Source: Ginkgo biloba (lineage: Eukaryota > Plantae > Ginkgophyta). Taken from it: 20,819 bases of DNA. Position numbers and translations under genes: made by a program. The notes under the pieces were generated by a model, which saw nothing but the letters and a program-made list of their open reading frames with translations, did no database searches and was not told where the DNA came from. The stretch's first letter is position 1. The number at the start of each line of letters is the position of its first letter. Below, piece by piece: positions 1 to 11,344 of this stretch. The DNA lies in NCBI GenBank assembly GCA_024626585.2, contig JANKJI020000004.1, forward strand, positions 23,755,254 to 23,776,072, read 5' to 3'.

Positions 1-2817
1 ACATTCTATGGAGGGGAAGAATACTAACCTTATTCCATGTATCTTATATGGTATGACATATATAACTGACTTTTGCACTATGTCATGTGATGACTATTTT
101 AATTATGGTATTATAATACTCTTAGTATGATCACATTTATTTATATATTCATTGAATGGTAATTACATGTGAACTTTTTTTCTCATTCATGGGGTATTCT
201 AACCCTTTGANNNNNNNNNNNNNNNNNNNNNNNNNNNNNNNNNNNNNNNNNNNNNNNNNNNNNNNNNNNNNNNNNNNNNNNNNNNNNNNNNNNNNNNNNN
301 NNNNNNNNNNNNNNNNNNNNNNNNNNNNNNNNNNTCATATGATTTAGATCAATCAAATATTTTTATCTAATAAAATCAACATCAAGAAAAAATTCTAGGT
401 ATGATTACTAAACTATGTATGTCTCCTCACATCAAAATATTCTATACCTATCTCTCTAGTTATTATATCTAGCCCATACTAGGTGTTAAAGGTTTATAGA
501 TATACTCCCATGTCAAAAAATAAATAATCCATAAAATATTCTATTATTATAATCATAATTAAAAATTAGGCTTGAGTGTCTTTATACACTCAAAATGGGC
601 CTCTAAAGACTAAACCATAGCATGCTTTTATGTATACCTTAATACTATTTATGGTTATCCTTAAAAACATGGGTCACCACTTATATCTACATAATTATAA
701 TAATTATCCATAATCACATGCATAGGTTCGTGGATATAACAAACCACCTATGGATTAATCCCATCGCAAGGTCATATTTTTTTAATATAATTAAGTAATA
801 GATGAATCATTGCTTTGTTACACTTTATAGGCATACTCTTAGTCAAGAGTTAGACCAATATATATTAAAAATATCACTAATATGATATGCATTCACATTC
901 ATCTCAATAAAAATTGTGTTAATTATCCTTATATTTAAAATGCTTGAGTAATTATAGCATCCCAACTTGTTACTTGCTTGAAGAAAAAATTTCTTAAAAT
1001 AAGTCCTTTAACAAGGTTAGAGATTTTGATGTGCCCTAAAGTGGTGGATCATTGAACAAAAACCCAATATGTGCAAGTGAAATTATTATAAAAAATTTAG
1101 GTATAATCAATATAGGTATTGAGAATAAAAATGGAGCAAGTGACACTCTTATATAGTGTGTATAGTTAGTAGGATCCATAATTGTCAAGATTAGAATTAT
1201 TTGTGAGAATAAAATCTAAAACAATTTTCCTAGAATGAAATATTATATAATCATTATGACGTTATTGAAGTATTAATTCCTTACTCATTTGTGAGGTGAA
1301 TTTTTCCTATAATATGATGGATTTTCCAATATGCATGGTGTCCTTCTTGAACCTACATAGTGCCTTTCTCTATTTTTATCAAAATGAATAAAATGAGAAA
1401 ATGAGTTTACTTCAACAAACAATCTTTAAATATATATGGAAGAATATGAAATTTTTGGAATTCTATCAAGTTTTAGAATCTTAATTTAATATAATAATCT
1501 AATAAAATGATTTCTCATAATTACATAAATAAGTAAGGAATCTTTATTAATAGGGCACTTCATCCCTTAGTTGCACAAATACTACTCATAACCTAAGTTG
1601 ATAAGTATTTCATAGGATATAATAAGTTATACACAGCTTATATTTATTTAAAGAACTAAGATTCATTCATGGTTTTGTTTGTACATAGAATTACATGAGA
1701 ATGCATGATTTTTCATATGATCATGATTATCTTAGTAAAAGAAACTAATGCTATTTTATTTCTTTTTATATGTATTAAAATCCTACTATGTACAAAAATA
1801 TTATAAAAAACATAAAACTTATCAATTTTAGAGCCATTGCGGGAACCTTTACCTCTAGGAAAATCTCCTTTGGAATTGGTATTGTAATATTGTTCTTTCC
1901 CTTTTCTTTTTAAGGAGGATGTTTCTTTATTAAGAGAAGAAGATCTATATTGTATTATTACTTCCTTATTTAAGGTAAAGGTGAAGGCTTTTGTTGATGG
2001 GAGTTTCTCACACACCTGCAACGAAGTTGAAATTCAGGTGTTGCAACCTATACGTTTTAGTGCTCCTGCTGGAATTAGAGCACAAGATACAAAAAACTTA
2101 GGTCATATAATTCAGGGGAGAATGGGATTTTTAAACCTACAAGAGAGATTCTCAAGTCGAATATGAGAATGGACCCCGTAATGATGGGATGTACGGGTGT
2201 TGATAAAAAAACACAAACAGGAAGGGAAGAGAAGGCAGAGAAAATAGTTTGAACTATTCCTAGGCTACTGNNNNNNNNNNNNNNNNNNNNNNNNNNNNNN
2301 NNNNNNNNNNNNNNNNNNNNNNNNNNNNNNNNNNNNNNNNNNNNNNNNNNNNNNNNNNNNNNNNNNNNNNAGAAGATTTATACCACAGTCTAGGTTATGA
2401 AACATTAGAAGCATTATCTCCTTGGGAAGGATACCATCATTCACTTTGACCATCAGTCTCTATAGTTCCTTTACTCCTAAACTAGATTATCATAGTTTAG
2501 TCAAATGGATCAGGTACCTCTAGTAATTTCATATCATCATCAAATATAATAAGAGGATTAATAATATAGTGGCATACTTTCTCAACAAACCACCAATTCA
2601 TTATTTACTATAAATATTAGTTGATTCTTATATTATCTTTTGCAAGTATAAAGAATTGTATTTAGTTTATATTGATCACGTACATGTTATAACTCGGATG
2701 TCAAATATTTATTTTGTTAAAGAGGAATTTTTGAGTGAATATCACCTCAAAGACTAATTAGACTTAGTTTGTTTTATGTTCTTAGTGGTAGTTATATATC
2801 ACAATTGATTTAGGATG

Positions 2818-5800
2818 TGTTGACATCTCATTTTGACACCTCCATCTGAGCTTATCAAGTAAAAATGAGATAGATGAAATGTTGAATCTCAAGACCTATG
2901 AGAGTACAAGGATCTATAAAATCCAAGTGAAAGGTTCACCATGTATTTTATTTATTAAAGAATAGGCTTAATCAAAATACATCGAAGACAATGGAATGAT
3001 TGCAATCATTCATACTACCCTTCGTTGAGCCCCACCACCATCTTCTTCATGCTCTTTCATCCAACAAGACCTAGTTTCTTCATAGAAATTTCACCATATA
3101 TGTGAGATTTCTAATGCATTCTTAGACATACATGACATGTTTAACTCTCCCCTAACCTATAATACTTCCTAGACTAATAAATATAGTCCCTATACTGGTC
3201 AATATACATTCAACTTAGGGAAATTGGGAACGTTTAAAGTGCCAAGGAAGGTGTACAATCTTCGCAATCCTATTAACCTTTTATGGTCCTTGTATGATAA
3301 GGAAGGCTCAAATGATCTAGGAGAGTGTGCATTCCCTAAGGGGCCTACAACATCAATAATAAGGAATTACAACACATGCGCCAAGTAGGGACAAAGACTC
3401 TTTAAGGTCTTGGTAAACTAACACGTTCCTTGTGCATTAAGGAAGGTAAAATGATCCAACAAAGTGCACAATGAAGAAGAGGTCCACTACTCTATTAAAG
3501 GATATTTAAAGCATGTATGTCAGGGTGAGAGATAGAAATTCTCCTGGTGGCTCTACACATTCCTAGTGGGAATAAAAAGGGACAAAAGATCTTCATAATC
3601 CTAGTAACCTTTTGTGGTCCAACTACTACAAGGAAGGCTTGAAGCGACCCAAGAAGCTACAAGTTTTAAGGGGGGTACACAGGTGAAAGCAAGACCCATG
3701 ATACAACCAAGAAATAATGTTGTGAATTAGGGAGACATCTTGAATTCAATATTTCTTAGATACTATAATGTCCCTTTATGGATTAGGGAGTTGCTTCATA
3801 ATTAGGGAAGGCTAGGTGGGGACCATCAAGGAGTAGCATGTGGAAATCATGACCCAAGAACAATGTTATGATATGTCATGATCCATGAATCATAAATTAA
3901 GGAGATTCTCCCTAGTTGGACTTTTCCCCTGATTAGGTTAGGCGATAACTTCATGTTCAAGGAGGCGTAAGTCAAGAGATCAATAAGGCATTACTTGATG
4001 GGGCCAAAGAACCATGTCATAAATAAAGGGGTTTCTCCTTGGATGGGCCAAGTCGATGTTGAAAGGAACTAGTGACCATAAAAGAATAAGGCATCATATG
4101 ATGAATAATAGTAAGGGATCCACATAGTGCATAAGTTAGGGATCTCCTCCTCCTTGGACATGCTCCCTGAGTGAACCAAGGAGTTACTTTGCTATCAAAA
4201 ATCAACCTCACATTTAGGGCATCATAAACCTAGGTCAAGGAAGCACCTTTGTGAGACAAGGGAGCAATGCTCCAAGATAATGATGAANNNNNNNNNNNNN
4301 NNNNNNNNNNNNNNNNNNNNNNNNNNNNNNNNNNNNNNNNNNNNNNNNNNNNNNNNNNNNNNNNNNNNNNNNNNNNNNNNNNNNNNNNNNNNNNNNNNNN
4401 NNNNNNNNNNNNNNNNNNNNNNNNNNNNNNNNNNNNNNNNNNNNNNNNNNNNNNNNNNNNNNNNNNNNNNNNNNNNNNNNNNNNNNNNNNNNNNNNNNNN
4501 NNNNNNNNNNNNNNNNNNNNNNNNNNNNNNNNNNNNNNNNNNNNNNNNNNNNNNNNNNNNNNNNNNNNNNNNNNNNNNNNNNNNNNNNNNNNTACACACT
4601 CCTTATGTGTTAAGGGAGGAAGAGAAATCAAGGAAGGTAAGGCACCAAGGGAGGAAGTGAACTTTGCGAACTTGAAAACAACATACAATATGACATAATA
4701 AAGAGGGAGTCATTTCTTATCCTAGGTAGGAGACTTTCCCTTATGTGTTAAGGAAGGTGAAGTCATCGAGGATGGTGCATAGTGACCAAGGGGACCACCA
4801 TACAACTAAGCTATATTATGCCTTTAAATAAGACTTGCTCATGGTGGCTATATGTGGTCCTTGGCCGATAAGGAAGATTCAAAGGGTCCAAGAGATGCAC
4901 AACACTTGAGGGGTCCTCTACACCACCAACGAAGAAACATGTGCACTAAATATAAAAGGAAGAAGGTTTCTCCTAGTATCCTTTCATGATCCTTATGTGT
5001 TAAGGTAGCTGAACAAAGGCTAAGATGGAGTGTGATTATGATACATTTATGACATCTAGGTATGCATTAATGATTGGTCTCAAGAATCATTGAGTTGTGT
5101 TCTTAGCATCTATGAAAAAAAGGAAAATATAGCGGCCGTTGACCAATCAGAGTTCAACACATAGAGGGAAGCCTTCCTCTCTTCGGAATCCCCACTATGA
5201 GGCAAGGTAAATGGTAGTACCCAAGTAAGTGTCATAATTGCAACCACTTTCTTAAAGATAGGGTCTCATGACCACCGGTTGAAAAGGCAAAATAAGAAAT
5301 GGTTGCGAGCAGTCATCAAAAGCCTCTCAAAGAGGTTTATAAAAGGTGGGGGAGAACCTGTGATACTTGGGGGGGAGTTTTTTTTTCATAGGAGATAAGC
5401 CCAAATTGGGGTAGTGGATTTGTAGAAGTCCATTTGATATAAATATAAAAGGAAGAATATTTTTTTGCACATTCATTTTTGGCTGTACTGTAATGTGTGT
5501 TGGAAACCTTTACTTCTGCTTGATCAAATTGCAAGAGTTATTTTTTCATTTAGATATGATTTTGAATTAGAAACAAATGTTATTTGAGATATCTTACTTT
5601 GTGATCTATCTAATTATTTCATACGATCAGTGTATTGGTATGATATTTAGGACTCTCTTATCTTAGTATTCAAGTTGTCACTCGATCCTTATTTTTTCTG
5701 TCTCTCATTGTTATATTAAGGGGCTTGGTTATTTTGATAGATTTATTTCAACAATAATACTTTTCCTTAATAATCATCAATGGTTCTTTCTCCTTATACT

Positions 5801-6044
5801 CATCTATTGTCATTGAGCCAAATCCAATTTTAGATTACCACCCTATAGGTGATGTACATAGTTTTTATTTATTTATTTTAAAATCTTAGTTGTCTATTTT
5901 GTATAGATAAGGTAATTACCACTCATAAGTCATAGGGTCATCTAACCCCTTACTGTTATGCTAATTTGGCACTTTTCTCTAAGTTATAGTATTTAATCCT
6001 TATCCACTTACAAACCAATCTAGTGCCAAAAAATGATGTCAACA
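2818..6044 (+). mobile_element. Long (~3.2 kb including a gap) 5' LTR of a Ty3/gypsy retrotransposon, Tat/Ogre-like
   Basis: Starts TGTTGACATCTCATTTTGACAC (2818) and ends GTGCCAAAAAATGATGTCAACA (6044). These are TG...CA ends with a 22-bp terminal inverted repeat (18/22 match, first 10 perfect). It has a TATA-like TATAAAAGG at ~5338 and is followed by a PBS-like site and gag remnant. Confidence 0.7.
4601..5005. repeat. Degenerate 120-140-bp sub-repeats within the LTR, marked by a CCTT-N7-AAGG dyad
   Basis: CCTT-N7-AAGG at 4601, 4739, 4859 and 4991, three of them with the identical spacer ATGTGTT. Related copies occur at 3288 and 3428. Confidence 0.7.
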
Positions 6045-6047
6045 GAA

Positions 6048-6068
6048 ATGGAGATCATACTAAAGACC
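6048..6068 (+). promoter_or_regulatory. Degenerate primer-binding site of the gypsy element
   Basis: ATGGAGATCATACTAAAGAC begins 3 nt after the LTR's terminal CA. It is a TGG-initiated motif in the expected PBS position, but too decayed to assign the tRNA. Confidence 0.4.
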
Positions 6069-6499
6069 ACCCAAAAATTTTTAATTTGCTCATAGATTGC
6101 TAAATTAGCTAGCACCAATGGCACAACTACAAGGAGGCCACACATAAGATCACAAAAAAATCAAGGTGTAATTTAGCCTTTTCCAAGGTCTCCTCAAGAC
6201 AATAATAAAAGACATTTGACAATTAAGAGAGTACCTTCTTCTTCTAAATTTGTTGATCTCGGTGCATTCAAAGTCAAGCCTCCTAGTCTTGGCCCTTTAA
6301 TGCCAAGTAGACATACATTCCAATAATCCATATCATCCTTTTCTCCTAGAGATCATTCACTTGTTAGAATTTATTCTTTTCCATTGAAGTTCACTGATCT
6401 CTTTCCTTCCATTCCTCTTCAAAATCTACCATTTTAAATGACATCTACTATGCCTTGGCAAATAAGTATCCCTTAAATATAGGATAAAATCTTGGTGAT

Positions 6500-6668
6500 G
6501 TTCATGATAAAGCATAGGATGCTTGACCTAAATTCATAATAGATAATTATCACACCATAGTGGAACACCTATATAATTTTACTTATAAATTCATAATAGA
6601 TAATTCTCCCACCATAACAATAGAAAATATGGCAGTGCGATTGTTCATTCATTCTTTCAAAGTTGAAG
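6500..6668 (+). pseudogene. Gypsy gag remnant (retrotransposon gag N-terminal region)
   Basis: DA*PKFIIDNYHTIVEHLYNF...IENMAVRLFIHSFKVE resembles the gag pattern LPKFxGxxxxxxxEHLxxF...EDVxxRLFxxSLxGxA. It has stops and is truncated by a gap. Confidence 0.65.
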
Positions 6669-6768
6669 NNNNNNNNNNNNNNNNNNNNNNNNNNNNNNNN
6701 NNNNNNNNNNNNNNNNNNNNNNNNNNNNNNNNNNNNNNNNNNNNNNNNNNNNNNNNNNNNNNNNNNNN

Positions 6769-7510
6769 CATACTTGGTTTGTAAAATGAAGACTTTATGA
6801 TGATCCTAGCGCACCTCAATTCCAAGATAATAGTGAAGAAGTCTAACATATGTCATCTCTAAATGTTGTTTAATTATTTATTTACCTGATCAATGAAACC
6901 ATTACTATTTCATGTAACAATCAAATCATCCACATAAATAATGAGTAGAATCCTTCTCTACAACTTTCTTCACATATAAANNNNNNNNNNNNNNNNNNNN
7001 NNNNNNNNNNNNNNNNNNNNNNNNNNATTCATCCATTTTTTAATACCATTCTCCAGGTGCCTTCTTAAATCTATATAGTGCCTTTAATAATTTACAAACC
7101 TTATGTTCTCTACATTTTTCTTTAAATCCTCAAAGATATAACATGTAGACCTCCTCAGTGAGATCTCCATTCAAAAAATAACTTTTCAAATCCATCTGGC
7201 ATAACTTCCATCCAAGTTGAGCTGCCAGTGCCATAATCACTCTTATAGTATTCCAATTCACTATTAGTGCAAAATTCTCATAGTAATCAATGCGCTCTTA
7301 CCAAGAATATCCTTTGGATACCAACTTAGCTTTGTATTTATCCACTAATCCATCTACTCAATACTTGATTCTATAAACCCATTTGTAGCTTGTGTTTAAC
7401 TTCTTATAGACAATCAACCGACACCCATGTCTTATTCTTCATCAATGTCTTGTATTTGGTTACCATTACATCTTTCCATGATTACGGACTCAATGCTTCG
7501 TAACATTTTG
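6769..7510 (-). mobile_element. Ty1/copia retrotransposon reverse transcriptase (RVT_2) remnant, decayed
   Basis: Minus-strand translation with stops and frameshifts: EAL..WKDVM..YKTLMKNKTW..; KWVYRIKY*VDGLVDKYKAKLVSKGYS..IDYYENFA..TIRVIMALAAQLGWKLCQMDLKSYFLNGDLTEEVYM..KVCKLLKALY..; LIIYVDDLIVT; YYLGIEV. These are canonical copia RT motifs, including YVDD. Confidence 0.95.
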
Positions 7511-7844
7511 TTGGTTATGTTATTAATTATATCAAAGCATATTCATATTCCTATTCTTATTTTTGTCCCTGCTCTTGAAACTTTTGATAACTTCTCTTTT
7601 TACTTCTCACAATTTAGTTAGGTTTTGTACTAAGCACCAACTATTTTTCCCACTTAGGCATGTTTGACACATCTGGTAATGAAGTTGTTTCTTATATAGG
7701 ATATTCAATTGAAGATTCATTTAAGTATTATTCTAGCTTGTCTAGGTCAACTTCCAGATATTCAAAACTTTCTATGTTAATACTTTAGGAGAGTTTGACT
7801 TATCAATTGCACTTATCAGCTAAAAAGGTAAGATAAAGGATTAA

Positions 7845-8230
7845 GAGAGCCTCTTCACATTCATGTTGTAAGTTAAGAATAGGTTGGTACCATCTATACT
7901 TGATAGTGGTAATAAGAAGAATATAGTTTCATATTCCATAGTATAGGATTTGGTATGAGAGATATAATAACATTTAAATCCATACAATATTAATGTTCAA
8001 AATAGGGATTAGAGTGATCAATCCATATAAGATTAATTTTCAAAATAGGGATTAGAGTGATCGTGTTACACATTAATATAGTTTTAAGTTTGTGATCACC
8101 AAGGATTTGTTAATGAGATTACCTTGGATGTGGTTACCATGATCACCCCAATGTGTGTATTGGAATTCCCTTTGTAATGATAAGAAGGAAAATATAGTGA
8201 AATGGAATAATCCTTTTGTCATTCATTGTA
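7845..8230 (+). mobile_element. Ty3/gypsy aspartic protease region remnant
   Basis: SLFTFML*VKNRLVPSILDSGNKKNIVS...HLNPYNI...EITLDVVTM matches the gypsy protease layout (IDSGS..N.IS...HPxPY...CDVVPM). Multiple stops. Confidence 0.7.
7977..8062 (+). repeat. 43-bp tandem duplication (2 copies, 3 mismatches) inside the gypsy protease remnant
   Basis: AATCCATACAATATTAATGTTCAAAATAGGGATTAGAGTGATC at 7977 and AATCCATATAAGATTAATTTTCAAAATAGGGATTAGAGTGATC at 8020. Confidence 0.9.
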
Positions 8231-8928
8231 TTCCTACTCCTAGATATTCTAGTCTAGTGAACACTACACAAGCTAAGAGTTTGGGGTAAACTACCTAGAA
8301 GTTTATTTTTATTATATTGAGAGGACATACTAAGTATAGTTTGGAACCCATGAGGATTTGGAGTTAGTTATTAAGGATGGAAATAAATATTGGTAGGTTA
8401 GATATCTTTTGTATAANNNNNNNNNNNNNNNNNNNNNNNNNNNNNNNNNNNNNNNNNNNNNNNNNNNNNNNNNNNNNNNNNNNNNNNNNNNNNNNNNNNN
8501 NNNNNNNNNNNNNNNNNNNNNNNNNNNNNNNNNNNNNNNNNNNNNNNNNNNNNNNNNNNNNNNNNNNNNNNNNNNNNNNNNNNNNNNNNNNNNNNNNNNN
8601 NNNNNNNNNNNNNNNNNNNNNNNNNNNNNNNNNNNNNNNNNNNNNNNNNNNNNNNNNNNNNNNNNNNNNNNNNNNNNNNNNNNNNNNNNNNNNNNNNNNN
8701 NNNNNNNNNNNNNNNNNNNNNNNNNNNNNNNNNNNNNNNNNNNNNNNNNNNNNNNNNNNNNNNNNNNNNNNNNNNNNNNNNNNNNNNNNNNNNNNNNNNN
8801 NNNNNNNNNNNNNNNNNNNNNNNNNNNNNNNNNNNNNNNNNNNNNNNNNNNNNNNNNNNNNNNNNNNNNNNNNNNNNNNNNNNNNNNNNNNNNNNNNNNN
8901 NNNNNNNNNNNNNNNNNNNNNNNNNNNN

Positions 8929-9365
8929 CCCTTATTAGACTCCTTCTTCATAGTATATCTTGATGATATTATTATATATAGTCACACCTAGGAGGAGCAC
9001 TTGATATATTACGTAAGTTTTACAATAGCTTAGTGTCAACCAATTATAAGCTAACATGGAGAAGTGCAACTCTGAGATGTGTACCATCTCTTACCTTAAT
9101 GTTATTATTGATGAGCATGGATTTAGAGTTGGTCATACTAAGATGAAGTCTTTAGGGATGAGGGGAATTCCACCAATGTCAAAGTTGTATAGCATTTTAG
9201 GTTGGGCCAACTTTTATAAGAAGTTTGTGCAATGACTTTTCTAGATTTATTTTCCTCTACATCATATTATGAAGGATAAGAAGGACTTAATTTGGGATAA
9301 ATCCTAACATGATGATTTGTATATAAATAAGTATTATTTATGTACAACACCAATTTTAATAATGT
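8929..9365 (+). mobile_element. Ty3/gypsy reverse transcriptase and connection region remnant (probably the same element as 7845-8230)
   Basis: PLLDSFFIVYLDDIIIYSHT*EEHL...KC...YLNVIIDEHG...LYSILGWANFYKKFVQ contains the YLDD catalytic motif and the gypsy 'FLGLANYYRRF'-like motif. It is collinear with the upstream protease across a gap. Confidence 0.92.
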
Positions 9366-10214
9366 GTTAAGCATTGGAATGCCTAACGGGTGCACAGTGT
9401 ATTCCTACTCTAGTTATGTTACATATTCATCACAACTACATGGAAATCACATACATAAACACTATACACAATCATGTGAAAAACCAGCCTATTCCTTGTA
9501 TTAATGAGCAAGNNNNNNNNNNNNNNNNNNNNNNNNNNNNNNNNNNNNNNNNNNNNNNNNNNNNNNNNNNNNNNNNNNNNNNNNNNNNNNNNNNNNNNNN
9601 NNNNCGTGGTAGTTACAACATATCAGTGTAGTTAGAGACTAAAGTTAGAATCCTTTGTTAGGGTCGGTGAAATTTCTTGACTGATGTCGGCAGGATGTTA
9701 TTGGTGAGTTGCATCTGGGTTCTACCTTAACATTTTTTGGTGATCTAACTCATGTCAATGTAACCTTCTTTAAATGGGGGTTACTCATGTTGGTGTATCC
9801 ATGTCGATGTCAGTTGATTCATCTCTGTCGCTTATTGGTGAGTCCACCTCTATCAGTATCAGTCATCCTTTCATCGATGCTTGCTAATGATCCATCTCAT
9901 ATCGGCATCACTCCAAGCCACTTCTAAAATATGTCAAATTATTTTTCCAATAGTGCCATTCTGAGTTCTTGCATTCTTCAATTGGTCCAATTATCCTCTC
10001 AACAAGAAATTGCACACTGATAGTAGTTGATGCAGGCGATTCAATTGATTTTCAAATGAGCCCATTAGTTATATCAAAATTGATGTCGACAACATAAATC
10101 AACGTCGATGCAACTTGCCTTCTAAGATCTTGATGCAGGAGCATCCGACACCATTGAGTCTGGGTGGTCGACATCGTCGGTGGGGGAAGATGTGATGTTG
10201 GAGAAGATAAAATT

Positions 10215-10445
10215 GACCTCTTCGGTGTCCATTGGGACCAACGCCATTGGTGGGTAGAGAACTGACTTCATCGATGAAGCAAGTATCGACCTCATCAGAG
10301 AGCCCAGGTCTGACTTCGTCGATGGGAACCAACACCATTTTGGAAAAGGTTCACTGACACTATCGGGGATAATGGAGGAATGAGTACCAAATTCTTAGAG
10401 CAACGTGGGGGCTCATCGGTGAGGGACCAACTGACTTCGTCGGAG
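10215..10445. repeat. Degenerate ~24-bp-period minisatellite in GC-richer, probably TE-derived sequence
   Basis: GACYTCRTCG(A/G)(T/A)G-like cores at 10215, 10264, 10288, 10312, 10409 and 10433. Spacings are 24 nt or close multiples. Confidence 0.65.
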
Positions 10446-10700
10446 GCAGACAGAAACTAAAAGGTGGCCATGCAAAGGTTAACTTAAGAAAAGTCCAGAC
10501 CGACGCAAAGTGCATGTTTATTTCGGGACAGCGAGTCATTGCAACGAGACGGGTTTGGCACCTTAGAGAGCATTAATGACAGAGCCATTATAGGAGTAAA
10601 NNNNNNNNNNNNNNNNNNNNNNNNNNNNNNNNNNNNNNNNNNNNNNNNNNNNNNNNNNNNNNNNNNNNNNNNNNNNNNNNNNNNNNNNNNNNNNNNNNNN

Positions 10701-11340
10701 CTATACAAATATGTCTCAAAACTCTTGAGCACAGGAATTAAATTTCTCCTCCTCTTAGGGAGTAAAATTGGTTGCAATGATGATTTTTTTCTAGTGTAAC
10801 ATACTTAGATATATCGATGGGAGAAAGTATCATTAATATTAATGATATTACCCTCTTTAAAATCATTATGTTAAGGAGGGATTATACCATCCTTAGATAA
10901 AATTTAAGGTGGGAGAGCATCCTTATTATTCACAGGAAAAATGGATTTGTCATTTGGTGACTCATGGAAAGGAGACGGAAAATATAATCCTCCTTCAAGG
11001 GAAGATAATATCTTTGTCCATATTTATGGTATAATTCATCCCAAAATATGAAGATAATTAATTTATCCAATGGATTTTCAACCACACCTAATAGCTTCAA
11101 CAACTATGATATTTGATTAGGACATGATTATAAGAGTTAATGTATAAAAATGGTTGGAGGAGAATTAGGTAAATATTTTACTATATTAAAAAATTTGATT
11201 TGAGATGATTGTTTCTTGTTATACAAAGGCATATTAGCTTAAGGATTGATGGGTGGAAGTGATGTAGATGTTTCAATCCATGGTATATGAAAAGTAGCAC
11301 CAAATTGATTAAGATGAAATGGATGCCAAGAATATATCGT
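10701..11340 (-). mobile_element. Ty3/gypsy (Tat/Ogre-like) pol remnant, region immediately upstream of RT
   Basis: Minus strand with frameshifts: KEGNIININDT/PIDISKY.../IIIATNFTP*EEEKFNSCAQEF*DIFV resembles the pre-RT motif IxIGAxxSPEE...LxEFxDVFAW. Support is strongest at 10701-10860; the right boundary is approximate. Confidence 0.6.
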
Positions 11341-11344
11341 GAAG

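Noticed and set aside
575-1125. Possible decayed LTR termini (TTTATACACTCAAAATGG; GGTATTGAG PBS-like)
   Set aside because: No clean TG...CA ends or matching TIR; too degenerate to call.
1713-2210. Short ORFs on both strands with faint LINE-ORF1 or gag-like flavour (e.g. QVEYEN)
   Set aside because: No complete diagnostic motif such as a CCHC knuckle, and the strand cannot be decided.
3288-5005. CRISPR-like reading of the spaced palindromic repeats
   Set aside because: The context is a eukaryotic LTR, the repeats are short and degenerate, the 'spacers' are over 100 bp and partly related to each other, and there are no cas genes.
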